Assembly: GCA_964106915.2 (NCBI GenBank)
Contig: OZ066917.1
Strand: one strand, 5' to 3'
Length of the DNA stretch: 64,000 nucleotides
From: Podarcis gaigeae
Lineage: Eukaryota
In this document: one piece after another, positions 1-20,920 of the stretch
How the letters are laid out: every line of letters begins with the position of its first letter
Position numbering within the stretch: the first letter of the stretch is position 1
Program-made: the position numbers and the translations under genes
The notes under the pieces: model-generated
What the model was told of the DNA's origin: nothing
Database searches by the model: none
What the model saw: only the letters and a program-made list of their open reading frames with translations

Positions 1-2170
1 CATTTTTTTACTGCTAGATTGTTCTTATATCTCATTTCAAAAGAATATTCAGACTGCTAACATTGACCCCAGTTCAAGATAATGTCATGCATTTGGACAT
101 CTTGATTTCTGTGTCTAGGCCTTTGGCTGGAGAATTAATGAATGGGCAAGAAATCAAATTGTTTTCTCTACTCAGACTTCTGAAGTGGGGTGGCCACATC
201 AAAACTGCATAGGACTCCTCCAAAGTTTGTTTTTTAATATCTATCTGCTTTTGTAGACTGAGGTGGCCAACAGAAATATAGCAATAAAATACATATAAGG
301 AATATAAGGCAGTGGTTCCCAGTTGTTTAAGTACTGCAGACTTATTTCTGGGTCACTATTTGGTTATTACAGTATTTTACAAAAAGTGAAGCTCTACCTC
401 CAGATTTTACAGTATCATGCTATGGCGTCTTCTAGTAAATTTTTCATGGATGCTGTCCAGATTACTGTTTACAGATTATTTGGAGAAGTGGGGTCAACTG
501 TGTGCATGTTTGATACTTTCCCATTTGGGCTGTTTCAATGCTTCATGCTCCTTTATCACCTTGTGAGACTCAGACTCCACTCTCCCATTTTAGATATTTC
601 CTCTCTGTTACTACCTGAACTAATTTTCCATTTGGCTCCTCCTGGATTCATCTCTCTTGCTTTCACCCTAAATCCACAGAAACCTGTTCCTCGGATCCCA
701 GCTTTCGATTGATAGCTATAATTCTTTCCCTCACCTGTTTAATCATTAAATTAAATTGCTGAATAGGTGGGAAACTCCCATTTTAAAAAAACCAGTTTAG
801 ACTAGTGAGAATTTTAGGGAAATGATGCAATTTAGGGATCAAAAATAAATGTGCTCTATTAGAAGTTATCAGGCTGTTTCCATTAGCTAATTGTTCTTGT
901 GTGATTAATATTGTCCTTCAGATTAATTTTCAATTGTTTCTTTATTTACAGGATTTTTTTCCACATTTCCATAACCACCCATATAGTACACGTTATCTCA
1001 AATTCTTTTTTACAATTTATTTTTATGCTCCCATTTTATATTTCATTTATACATTCCTTTCATTCTTAGTAGTTCAGCTATTACTGAGTATATATGTTTT
1101 CATTGTATGCTTGCTGTGATTTAAAATTTCCTTTGAGCCAACTCTGGTTTTTCCTAGTTTCCACTTAGGAATGAAATTTTCTGAAAATCTTGATCTTGAC
1201 AAAACACAGATTTTTTTTTTTACTGGTTCTGCTAAAAGTAAAAATCATTACTGCATCATACATTTAATATAAACATATATATATTAACAATATACTCCAA
1301 GTTTCCTAAAGTGATCAGCAGATAAACAGATACATACATCAATGCATAAAGTTGTATAAAAATGCAGTAAACTTGTATATTAATTTATAAAATTATGCTA
1401 CGGAAATAGAGCAACTAATGGGACTTGACTCTTTTATAAGTATATTGTACATAGTTTTTGCATATAATAAATCAGGCTTCCTTTTTTTAATAAAAAAAAA
1501 AGGTTGCCAATGCACCTGTGTGCTCAATGCAAGTGTCTGGCTGATGTGGGTACAGCATGATTTGGTTGGAATTGCCAAATTTTATGTATATATTTGTTCA
1601 AAGTTATTACCACTAGCTGTCCTGACTAAGCTCAATAAATCTACATTTAAGAACCTATTTTTAGCATGGAATTCCTTACTGTTGTCAGTCGACAACAACC
1701 AAAATTGGCATTTCGGTCCTGAATACATTTGCCAGCACCCAGCCAGACACCTTGTAAGCCATGTCCACAGTCCGGCCCGCAGACCAGTTGCAGCCCGCAG
1801 CCCAGTTTAAAATGGCCCCACAGGCAATTTGGAGAAATCAGTCTGTTGCGGCCCCCAAGCGCCTGCTGCTCTGCTTGCTCTTCCCTGGAGCCAACGCTCC
1901 ACCAAGGAACGGTAGAGGCGGGCAAGGCGAGCTGCGATTGGTGCATGTCTGGCAGCGGCGCTGCGTGGTTGGTCACTTGGCCGATGGTGCTCTTGAAGTG
2001 GGTGCTTTTAAAATGTGTGGCGGAAGGGGGTGGGATGATTGGGTTGCTCGTTTTTATTTCTATTTTCATTATGTGTTGTGTTTTTATATTGTGTTTTTAT
2101 GCTGCGAAACGCCCAATCGTGTGCATATTTATAGTATTTAAATGTTCTTTCCCACCCCATGTGTTTGTGT

Positions 2171-2172
<2 letters not shown>

Positions 2173-2203
<31 letters not shown>
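2173..2203 (+). repeat. (CA)n microsatellite
   Basis: about 15 AC units. Confidence 0.95.
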
Positions 2204-2206
<3 letters not shown>

Positions 2207-2210
2207 TTCA

Positions 2211-2440
2211 TATAGTGTGATGAAGTGGTTAGAGGCCTGCAGGAGAACCAGCTTCAAATTGCCACTCTTACTTAAAACTCACTGCTGTAGTTTAGGGGGA
2301 AGTCACTTTTTCCCAGTCTAACCCACCTCACAGGGCTGCTGTGAGAGTTAAAGTGAAGGCAGGGGAGAAGAACCACATAGACTGCCTTGAGCTCCTTGGA
2401 GACAGGTGGGACAAGAATGGAAAGATGGGTGGATGGATAA
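2211..2440 (+). mobile_element. Decayed tRNA-derived SINE (Squam3/MIR-like)
   Basis: A-box-like agtggttagag, B-box-like ttcaaat, core cctcacagggctgctgtgag and gccttgagctccttggag tail. Confidence 0.55.
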
Positions 2441-5269
2441 CGCTGGGATAGCAGTCTTTGTTTCATAACCTCATCTTCCTGAACATGAAGTCCCATAGAT
2501 TTCTGAAGGCCTACATTTGCATTTCTTGCAAACTTGTGGGTTCAATAGCTATTTCCTCATATGTATTTTGGGAGCTGTAGCTGTTTGGTGCAACAGGTGC
2601 CAGCACATGGTACCTTTGGTTGTTCTAACACAGATAACATCTGGTTTCGTTGTGCCATCAGGGAAAATAGCAGTTCTATCCATGCAGCCTCCTCAAGCTG
2701 TCAACTGTGGAAAAGATCTATGCTCTGACAAATCAACTCCTGAGACCTTCTTCTTTCATTTGCAGGGCAAATATTTTCTACCTGGTGGGAATGAGCTGGC
2801 CAAATCTGTTGGCAAATGTTTTATTGAGGATTCATTTGAGCTTGGGCGAACACACTTGGACCAAAACCTCTGGCACTGCGCTCACATGATCTCTTCCCTT
2901 CTGGCCAATTTTTAAAATGGTGACTGTAAATAAGAGAAGGAAAGTTGACAGTGAGGGCTGCTGCTTCCAGGACAGGTGGAGTGGAATATTTCTTCACTGA
3001 AATACGGAATCACTGTTGTCTGATATGCCAAGAGACTGTGGCTGTTTATAAAGAATTTAACAAGAACAGTGTGAGGACAAGACTAAGTGGCTCTCACCTG
3101 CGTGACATTTTGCAAATCAAAACCACTACCTTTGAACCAGACCTAGCCTATGTGCTGCAGTCCAAATCTCTGTTTCACCCTTCACACTAGTGCAGGCAAG
3201 TTTTGTTTTGTTTTGAATTGAGAGGAATACATTGTCAAATCTCAGTTAATGTCAGTTGGTCTAAATCAGGTATAAATATATTTGGACACAATATGTGTAT
3301 CTGGTGTTATGTTGCTGTTCATATTTTTTGAACTTAAAATTTGACAGACAACCTTTATTACCAATAATATGTAATCCACTTTACAATCTTCCTGACATAT
3401 ATTTCAGCTTCCTGGTTTTGTTTTTTTATCTGGCCTTCAGATATGAAAGGCAGAGTGATTTAACACCTGTTTAGATTTGTCATCCATGTGACAAAATGAA
3501 AAGTATGTCGTGTGCAATGAACTTTGCATAAAATAGTTAATTTGTATTTGATTTACTTTGCATATAATTTGCATTTAATTTTAATGGTTCAAAGAACGTC
3601 GAGCAAAATGGTCGGCCCTCACACATGTTCACTTCATCAAATCTGGCCCTCTTTGAAAAAAGTTTGGGCACCGCTGATTGGAAGGTGTCATAGTAAACAG
3701 CTAATCATGTCCCAAGTTTCCTAGATGCCTGACCACGCAGTTGCATTTTACTTGTACTGTAGTAGAATAGTCTTGGTCCAAACACCAGCCTATGTGGATG
3801 CTTGAAACTGTTAGTCAGAGTGTGGGATGAAATGTTGGGAAATTGTAAATAGATGCCACTTGTCAGTATCAGAAGTAGGATGAACAAACAACAGGAACAT
3901 CAAAGGTGACAAATCCAACAGTCAAGTCCTTCCCTTCTTTATAGTCTGCCATCCTTTATATACTGCCATCCTTTCAGCTGGCCATGAAAAGAAAGAGGTG
4001 GCGATAGATTTGGTGATTTTAAAAAGCTGTCACGGTAACAGCACCAAACATACACACACACACACAAGAAGGGATTGTGGATAGAGAAATAGTTTAATTG
4101 CAGGTATTGGTGTAGACTTATTTAATATCAACAGAAACAGGTTCCGAGTAAACGAAATTCAGTTTCTTTATGGTTCAACGGGTAAGATGTTCTGGGCCTA
4201 CTTTACACGCAACAGTTTTTAAAGGACTGGATAATTTCTGTACATTCTTTGTGGGCTTGCAGGAGCTTAGACAACTGGTAGACATGCTTGTTTCCCAAAT
4301 GTCTTTTAGCCTCCTTCCCATCTCTTATGCCTGATGCCATGCCTTCTTCTGATCAAACCTCTATCTCCTGCAAGACAGGTTCCCTTGAACCATCCCACCC
4401 CTTACTCAAACCAGCTTTACTTTCCTGCCCCTCCATCTTTCCCCTGGCCTATTGCCAATACGTCTTTGGCTTCATCCAAATCCATGTCTTGTTCCATCTA
4501 CTGTAATCTACAAGTCCCCTCTAGGTGAGGACCATGTCAAGTTTGCCTTCTGTACTCAGGCACATCACTGAAGTGAACCAAAATGTTAAATAGCAACAGT
4601 TTGCATTCAAAACAGCTCTTACAGACTTTTATTTAAAAAGGAAAAAAATCAGGAATCAATGACATTTCAGACTTGTTTGTTGCGATCTCAAGCATCATTT
4701 TTTGCTACCTGCAGTTCAGATGTCAGCTACCGAAAAGCCCCTTGAAAACATGCAGTTCACAGAGAAAGCTAATCAGTCTTAAGATTTTAAAACTTATACC
4801 AGTGTAGGTGACATTTAAATTTTTCCCTTGGAAAGTATCGAATAACTCAAGAGGTAGCCAGCGAGCCATACAAAATGTTTAATTTATTAAAACACTCCAT
4901 CTATTAGTAAAGTGGGTGTCCTGCATGCAGATGTCTTGGGCACCAAAACAGGGGGACATAAAGGGATGGGGAGGTAGGGGTGTGCACCGGGAAAATGGTT
5001 ACTTTTCTTCTTTTAGATTTACAAATATTTTGGTAATTCCTTTCTTTTGTAAAACTTTCATTAGTATTCAGTTAATTTGGATTTAGTTCCTCCCTTTTTT
5101 CATATTTCAATTATGATTATTTTTTGGAAAGAATTGTCTTCAGGTTCAATCCCCAGCATCTCCAGTTAAAAGAATTTCAAGCAGCAGAGCTAGCAAATAT
5201 GGATGTAAATGTGCATTAAGGGCATGCACACACTTCTTCATGCCACGCAGAGTTAAACTATGGAACTCA

Positions 5270-5550
5270 ATCTTGCAGGGGGCAGTGGCGGCCACCAACT
5301 TGGATTATACAAATTCATGAGGGTAAGGCTATCAATGTCTACTAGTCGCAATTGCTATGCTCTGCCTTCGCAGTTGGAGGCAAGTACCGCTTCTGAATGT
5401 CAGTTGCTGGAACCCACTGGAGGAGAGAATGCTCTTGTGCTCATATCCTGCTTGCTAGTTTTCCACAAGCAACTGTTCACCCTCTGAGAGAACAGGATGC
5501 TGGACTAGATGGGCCATTGGCCTTACCCAGAAGGCTCTTCTTATGTATGT
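5270..5550 (+). mobile_element. CR1 LINE 3' end fragment
   Basis: squamate CR1-type tail aggatgctggactagatgggcc...ggctcttcttatgt. Confidence 0.65.
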
Positions 5551-6199
5551 TGTGCATTCAGTGCAGGATGTAAGCACCTTTGGGGAGTGCTGGACAAATG
5601 ACATCACCCCATGTTGTCCCTGCTCCACACTGTTTGTCCAATTAAAGCCCATTCTGCTGGGCTCTCTCTTTGGAAAGATTGCAGTATATATATATTGTTT
5701 TGCAAAAACTCAGCAGAACCACTAACTGAATGTAAGGCAATGGAGAACACTATTGTGTACTAGTTTGAAAATAAGCCCACCTGTGTGTACAGACATCCCT
5801 CGTAGTAGCTGCTGGTTTAGATGCTGTTATTGTGCATAGGTGTGTACACTGTAAAAACAACTCCTGCACATTTCAGAGGCTGCCTGTGTACATAGCCTAA
5901 ATCAAACAATCTATCTAGGGCAGTATTGTGTGACTTGAAGCAGTTCTCTCTTAAGGTCTCAGGAAAGGTTTTCTTCCAGCTCTGCTACACGAGAAAAACT
6001 CTGCTGGAGCTAGCCAAATGGCCATTTAGTTCATCACCCTGTTCTCACAGTGGCCAACCAGTTTGTTGTTTTCCTGTTTTTAGCAGGTCCATATATATAT
6101 ACCTGTAAGTTGCCTTGAGTCCCATCAGGGGTATGAATAAATTTATAACAATAGTAATACAGGGGGACCCACAAGCTAGACATTCACGGCATTCTTTTA

Positions 6200-6542
6200 A
6201 CCAGTATGCCTGAAGGCTCGTCTCCACCCCCATCGTTTTACCCGGACACTGAGGTTCAGCACCGAGGGCCTTCTGGCAGTTCCCTCACTGCAAGAAGCCA
6301 AGTTACAGGGAACCAGGCAGAGGGCCTTCTCTGTAGTGGCGCCCTCCCTGTGGAACACCCTCCTACCAGATGTCAAAGAGAACAACAACTACCAGACTTT
6401 TAGATGACATCTGAAGGCAGCTCTGTTTAGGGAAGCTTTTAATGTTTGATGTATTGCAGTGTTTTAGTATTTTTTTGGAAGTCGCCCAGAGTGGCTGGGG
6501 AAGCCCAGCCAGATGGGCGGGGTATAAATTATTATTATTATT
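6200..6542 (+). mobile_element. L2 LINE 3' end
   Basis: RAFSVVAPSLWN-like coding end, gtcgcccagagtggctgggg...gggcggggtataaat and (TTA)n tail; antisense to NXPE3 just past its stop. Confidence 0.75.
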
Positions 6543-6919
6543 AAAATGTTGACAACTGAACCTGGAATTTTCAGTATCTCGAACATGTGCTCTGGCATTG
6601 TGCTGTGGCCTCTCTCCCTAGCTCCAAGCTGAAGGAGGCGGCTGCTGTGAATACTTTCATTATCTTACCAGATGGTGGCAGAACATTTATTGTAGTGAGA
6701 ATGGCAAGTGGAGTTGTGGACACCTTCATTCTCAGGTGTGCATTGTAAAGAGGTATCCACACATATAGTCTTACTTTTTTAAAAATTAAAACAACCAGTC
6801 CCCAGACATTCCAAGTATGAATTATGTATGCTACAGTGCAGGCTTGGAGAATCAGATGCAGGTTAGGGGTACCCCAAATCAGCAACAAAGAACTAGTGCA
6901 GAACGTGTCCGTAAGTGAA

Positions 6920-14753
<7,834 letters not shown>

Positions 14754-15977
14754 GATCCCTTCATCTCTCTCTCACCCACGTAAGATGCTGCCATGTTGCC
14801 CATATCCCACAGGCGCCAGTGTCATTGTTACTCAGTGTTACACAGGAAATCTCATCCGGAGGCTTCCGCTGCATTTCCTCTTCCTGCAAATGCATTTTTA
14901 AAAGCTTCCAGTTAGATCTTAAAATACATCTAAAGTAATAAAAAATGGGTTTCCCACATGACATTCAGGAGTGTTAGAAGCATAAATCAAGCAATTATTT
15001 TTTTTAAAAAGGGAACCAGAAAGAAAAACAGATAATGGCATGGCAAATCCTCATTATATCTCAGCTGAGGCAGAACGGCTGTTTAGCATTAAAGATACCT
15101 TTTCAATGTTGCTTTTGGCTACACCAATAGTAAAACAAACAGATAATAAGTCTTGCACCAGAATTTGTAACCAATCCCCAGTGAAATTAATTCATTTACC
15201 TGAATGGATTTTGTCAGAGTCCAGCCGTCCTGAGAACACTACCAGATTAAGGGCCTCTCCATTCTACCCTATGGTGCCTTTGTCCATAGTGGGATATTTC
15301 TTCTCTAGAAAGCCGCTAATTCAGCAAGTGGTTTACAGTATACAGACATAATACCAGAAGACCTATTTCCTCCTTTTCTTCACTCTTTTCATAGTTTTCC
15401 CTCAGCCCAATGCCTATTATTTCAAGCTCCCTCTACACCTCAGCCTTCTTCTCATCCTTCTTCCCTGCACTTCCCAACTGCCTGACATCCCCATTTCTTC
15501 TTTTCCACCTCCCTGCTGATAGCTTCTCTTGTCCTTAAGCCCTATGTGAAGATGCGTTAAGACTCAAACTAACATTTCACTTCCCTTTCTGTAGCTAAAC
15601 AGGCAATAAACTAATTGCTGTGTTTGCCAGAGCAGTTAGAATATCTGTGAGCATTCTAGAACTTCAGCACAGTTCAGCTAATGGACGGCCAACAGCACAC
15701 AATTCTTAGCCTTTCAGCATCACTTTGAAATCTCCTGTTTTAAGAAAGCTACATGAATTTCAAGATCCTAGATTTAATTTAGGAAACATCCTAATGCTAA
15801 ACTGAATTATTCCTTTTCCTCTCTCGGTTCTTTCTGAACACCACAATTGGCAATGCAGCCCAACACATACAATATATTGCTAGCTGGGCAATATAGAATC
15901 TACTCAGTGGAAGATGGTTGTGAAATTCTATTTAAGAATACACTGAAATAAACAAATTAAAAGACAGAGAGACTTAC

Positions 15978-16095
15978 TCTGAATAAACTTTGCAGTTTTA
16001 AGACTCGGTCGGTGCTTGCATTATACGGCACTGAATATTTAACAACGATCATCCGAAGGCTGCTGCTTCCATTGACCTTTACCTTCTTTCGGGGT
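15978..16095 (-). other. NXPE3: Predicted NXPE3 5'UTR exon
   Basis: 118 bp bounded by tttacag acceptor and strong GTAAGT donor; CpG-retaining island in AT-rich intron; lies between the CpG promoter and the ATG exon. Confidence 0.5.
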
Positions 16096-18119
16096 CTGTA
16101 AATTGATTCAATTATTCCTGTTTATGCTACAGAAAACTATTCCAGGGACACATTATGAAACACATTATGCATTTTGTGAACTATTCCAGTAAGGATGGGT
16201 TTCTGTTAATGTGCTTTCACTTCACTCCATTATGTAAGAGAATGAATTCTAATTAGCTAGCGAATCCTAATAATACAGTAAGCACTTACAAAATTAATGC
16301 TATGAAGCAGAACATGGCCAGACAGATACATATTTAAAAATAATCCGTGCTCCTGCAATGCAGAGACCACGTGTTAATCATTGCACAGATTATATAAAGG
16401 GATTACAGAGATCATATGAAATTCTAAAAGATGACTCCACATTATAAGGGGGAACACATGCTTGAGAATAGATTAATAAGAGTACAAGGGGGAATCCTAC
16501 TGTTTTATTTGTATGAATAAACAAGCTGCAAGGTCCAAGAAGGGTGGTCATTTCAGATCCAGGCACTCTTGGTTATAGAGATGTGTTCAGACTGCTGTGC
16601 AAGAACAAAAACAAAGGTAGCCAGGAGCAGCACGGCACTACAGGTGCTATTTGTTCCATCTGCAGCTGGCTTTCCTCTTCTTCCCTCCTGCAAAACACAT
16701 AATGCCTTGCTTAAGATTTATGTCAAATAGTGCAAGGCCAGTCTGTATTAAAGACCACTTAGTGGAATCTTTCCACAGGGGCCTCCTGCACTCAGACAAC
16801 ATGACCTACTTTCTACTATCATCGAGAGGCAGATAGGGTTTTCACTGTGGCAAAACCCTTTTATTAGAACAAGCTCCCTCCTCTGCCCCCACCCTTTAAA
16901 ACATGTCTAGTTTATTTAGAGCAGTGGTTTCCACATACAAACAGCCTGCGCCCCACATGAACATTTATGAGGATGGCTCACTTAATTTTTTTCTTCTGCC
17001 TGTTGTAGCAATTGTAATGCACTGTATTAGATGTTCTGTTGTTTTTAATTGCATTCTTACAAATCACAAAGTAGCCGGGAGCATCTAACTGCCAGCCACA
17101 GTTTGTGAACCCCAGATTTGGAGCCAATCAGTAAACCTAACTTTCCCATGGGTGGGTTTCAAATTAGCAAGTGATACTAAACACTCCACCCTCAAAGGCC
17201 TCAAGTCTCAAAGCAAAATTCCAATTCTCAAAGTGCTTGTTTGGGGGGGGGGGGAGCCAATACTTTTCCTTGGAGGCGGATTCAGAAACCTCCAACTTGC
17301 TATGTCCCCTTGGACGTAGTCTAGGCTAGTAACTGTATGTGGATTTTCATATTCTACCATTGTTCTGATTTAGTTGTGTGTGAATACTGAGAACCACATA
17401 CAGATACTGCCTTATGGCTACTCCATGGAGTAATTCCACTGACTACTTAGGTTCATAAATTTCCATGGATCCAATGGATACAACCCTTAGTAACTTTCTA
17501 AGTTCCAACCAGCAAACTACCATCAGTTCAGAACTAGCAGAGAGAATTTAAAAACCATCTTTTCAGCGGGTTTCTTTTCTGAATTGCCTATAGTTTTGGA
17601 TGCCTTTAACTCTGTGGGAATCCAAATGGGATAGTTCTGAATGTTCAATAACAACTCTGCATGCCTAAAATGCCAGTTAAATTAGCAGTCTGAAGAACGA
17701 GGCTGAAGCTAGAAAGAGCCCCATATAAAGAGTTTGGAGTGGGGTCCTCAGACCTTCTCTTGGGATATAGCATTCTAAGAGCTCTATCTAAATGCAGTTC
17801 CTAATCTGGAGTAGAAATAAATAATTAGGATCTGCTAGCAGGAAAAAACAACAACTCTTCAATGAACCCCAAAGCTACAGATTCTAGTCAGAATTTGCAA
17901 GATCCAGTGTAAAAAGGGGTGGCCAAACCTACCCAGGCCAGCAGGTTTGTGAAAACGAGTTCAAATGATGCCATAGCTGGACCCCACATGCTTTACTATT
18001 CTTACTCAGATACTATAGGTTCTTCATCATAGGTTCTATTCAATCACCGTAAGCCATAAACTATGGCTTACCATGACATGCAAGGACAGTATGTGCCAGC
18101 TATGAAAAACGGAATTTCC

Positions 18120-19150
18120 CTGTGAAAGATCATTAGCAAAGGGATCAAAAACAGAACTGCAAATATCATAATGCCTTTATCCAAATCTATGATGCGACCA
18201 CACTTGGAATACCATTTACAGTTCTGGTTGCTGTATTTTAAAAAAAGAGATATTGCAGAATTTTAAAAGATGCAGCCAAACTGATAAGGGAGTAGAACGA
18301 GTGGGAAAAGGGTAGGGTAGAGTAGGGTATTGGACATAATAAAGGTGTAGAAAATTACTTAAGGTATGGAGATACATAGTGGATAAACATGAGGTTTTCT
18401 CCCTTTCTTATAATACTAGAATCTGGGATCATCCAATGAAGCTGAAAAGTGAGGGATTCAGTACTTCAGCCAAAATGAAGTACTGAAGCACACACACAAT
18501 TATACCATGGCATTCACTACTACAAGATCTGGTGATGGCCCCTAGTTTAGGTGGTTTTAAATGGGGCTGGACAAACTCATGAAAGCTATCAACAACTCCT
18601 CACCATCATAGCTATACTACCTCCACATGGGTGGCGCTGTGGTCTAAACTACTGAGCCTCTTGGGCTTGCTGATCAGGAGGTTAGTAGTTTGAATCCCCG
18701 CGACGGGATGAGCTCCCATTGCTCAGTCCCAGCTCCTGCCAACCTAGCAGTTTGAAAGCACACTAGTGCAAGTAAATAGGTACCGCTGCAGCAGGAAGGT
18801 AAACATCGTTTCTGTGCGCTCCAGCACTCATCACCGTGTCCAGTTGTGCCAGAAGTTTAGTCAGGCTGGCCACATGACCCAAAAAGCTGTCTGTGGACAA
18901 ACGCCAGCTCCCACAACCTGAAAGGCACACCCCATAGTTGCCTTTGACTGGACTTAACCATCCAGGGGTCCTTTACCACCTTTGTTTTTTTACTACCTCC
19001 AGCACCAGACACACCATGGCTTTGAATACTAATTGCTGTGGGAAGACAGCTATTGCCCTCATACTCTGCTTGGTGAGCCTCTCATAGGCATCTGAGTGAC
19101 AGCTGTGGGAAAGAGATGCTGGGCTAGATCCAGCAAGATTCTCTCAGGGT
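18120..19150 (+). mobile_element. CR1 LINE 3' fragment (ORF2 C-terminus and tail), interrupted by a SINE
   Basis: Degenerate IIMPLSKSMMRPHLEY..QFW motif; tail gatgctgggctagatccagca. Confidence 0.75.
18626..18990 (+). mobile_element. Sauria SINE, full length
   Basis: gggtggcgctgtggtctaaa head, cctgccaacctagcagtttgaaagc core, aggggtcctttacc tail; 11-bp TSD tactacctcca at 18615-18625 and 18991-19001. Confidence 0.9.
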
Positions 19151-19879
19151 CTTCCCTAGTCAGGATTTAGCTGCAGAAGAAGCTGAAATAAAATGAAGAG
19201 TACGACTGCCCCCCAAATCTTTAGAATCCTCTTTACAATCTTTGTGTATCCACCTGGGGACATTCAAAAAACATGGTCTGCAACAAGGATATACATACCC
19301 TCTGTACCCTACCACCACCAGAGCCTTATGGGTTACAGCTGCTAGGAGGGGGTAGCACAGAGGAAGAGCTAAAGACCCCAGGAACACAAGTTCAGAGGCC
19401 CCAAAAGGCCTACATGAAAGGGCAAAACAGAAAGGTGTGAGTGGATCCAATAAGAGATTCCCATGGAAGGTGCCCTAGACCATTCAAGAACTTGTGAAGG
19501 AATAGATCAAATTCCAGAAACTGTACAAAAAATCCTTCGCACGTCAACAAGATCTAAAACAGAAAAGGTAAACTCAGGGGAAAGAACCTGCAGCCATATA
19601 TATTGCTGAACCTTCAGTTATCAGGTTCAAATCCCAGCTCAGCCATGAAGCTTTAGCCAAGTCATTGCATCAATTCCTTTCCTTCTTCATTTTAATGCAC
19701 TGCAAGTTCCTACTATTTTAGATGCTATCTGGAAATGTCAGTAAGACAATAACAAGGGAGGGGGAGGGAAGCACTATCTTGCAGGAATGACAGGAGGGTA
19801 AAAAAAAAAAGATGATCTATATGCTATATAAAGCTGACACCTTGGGATAGGGCTATAAAGCTTTCAAGAAATCCTAACG

Positions 19880-20920
19880 CTGCAGCCCGACTAACGGTCC
19901 CGCCCGAAGTGATAAAGTGTCTCCTTCCCTTGCCGCGCCGCTGGGCCGAATATGTTATACCGACGCTGGACCCATGCAGGGACTACCTTCCCCTCCAAGC
20001 TCAGTCAGCGAGCAGAAACCGACCCTCCTTAGCAAGCGAAGGAACCCCTCGGAGAGCATACGCAGAGCGCTCTTCCCTGGTGAAATAAAGAGCCCCGAGC
20101 AAGAGGGGCTTCGGGGTCGCAGCAGGTCTGAGTCCTTCGCGACACCCTACCCCCATCCCCAAATAGGAAAAGCCTCCCGCGCCGGGGCGACTCGGCTCCC
20201 CACTCACCAGGGCCCTCGTGCCTCGCGGCCACACAGCCCTTCCGACCCTCTTGAGCGACGGGAGGCGACTGCGAGGGAAGCCTCCCCTCCCGCGTCGCCC
20301 ACCTCCTCTTTCGGGTGCTCAGCAGCTGCCCATTGGCTGCCCTCCGCTCGGAGGAGGGTTCGGCGGGCGAGACCACCCCGGAAAGGGGAATTCCTCACGA
20401 AGCGCCGGCGCCGCCTCCGCCCGCTGCTTCGCGAGGGGTCGCTTGCAGATAGCGGCGCGCTCCCCTCCTCGCGCCCGGGAGGAAAGTCGTCCGCCCAGCC
20501 CCGATCGCGGCGGGCGGCGAGGTTGCTTTTGCTGGCTTGGCTCGTTGGACACCTGCCCGCCTTGCCTCGGCTCCTGTGCGCGCGCAGGGAGACTGGCATC
20601 TGGCGAGCAGCAGCGTCTCTTATCTTTGCTGCATCCTCGCTGTGCGAGGCGGTGCACTCCCCGCACTGCGGTCTGGCCTCGGCGCCTGTCTCCTGCCTCT
20701 CCTACCTGGCCTGCTGCGGTTCTTTCGCACCCCGCTCGCTGCGTTGCTTTGCTCCTCCCGGGCAAGGGCCTGGGGCTCGGGGTGGGTTGGTTTTCTGGGA
20801 GAATCTGGGGCGGGGTCCCTTCGACGCCGTCTGGTCACTAGGAAGCAACGTGACGAGCGGAAAGCGCTCGCAATTTGTGAGCAGCGAAGGGAAGTGCGCT
20901 AAGCACACTCCCCGTTAGAA
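19880..20920 (-). promoter_or_regulatory. CpG island / NXPE3 promoter and non-coding first exon(s)
   Basis: Very GC/CpG-rich; GC box ggggcgggg at about 20807; CRE/ETS-like gtgacgagcggaa at about 20850; candidate minus-strand donors at 20705 (GTAGG) and 20207 (GTGAGT). Confidence 0.75.

Larger units (their letters stand above)
1755..3676 (+). mobile_element. Internally deleted hAT (Charlie/SPIN/Buster-like) DNA transposon
   Basis: 5' subterminal cggcccgc/ggcccc motifs; 3' end aaatctggccctctttgaaaaaagtttgggcaccgctg; transposase N-terminus (KRRKVDSEG..W..EYFFTE..CLICQETVAVYKEFN) fused to C-terminus (RTRLSGSHLRDILQI..FEPDL..HPSH) at 2917-3190; 5' boundary approximate. Confidence 0.8.

Noticed and set aside
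1-1200. Possible decayed L1/Tx1 fragment and 129-aa ORF at 323-712
   Set aside because: Only compositional hints; no motif I can support
1647-2220. ORFs of 126-163 aa
   Set aside because: They lie in the GC-rich subterminal region of the hAT element and run into a CA microsatellite
20208-20599. 131-aa ORF spliced onto the NXPE3 uORF to make a longer hidden protein
   Set aside because: Splicing 20208 to 16095 creates TG+A, a stop; the alternative donor at 20706 is in frame but I found no ATG for it
19917-20918. 333-aa ORF and overlapping ORFs in all frames
   Set aside because: Stop-poor GC-rich CpG island; low-complexity R/P/A/G sequence with no recognisable domain
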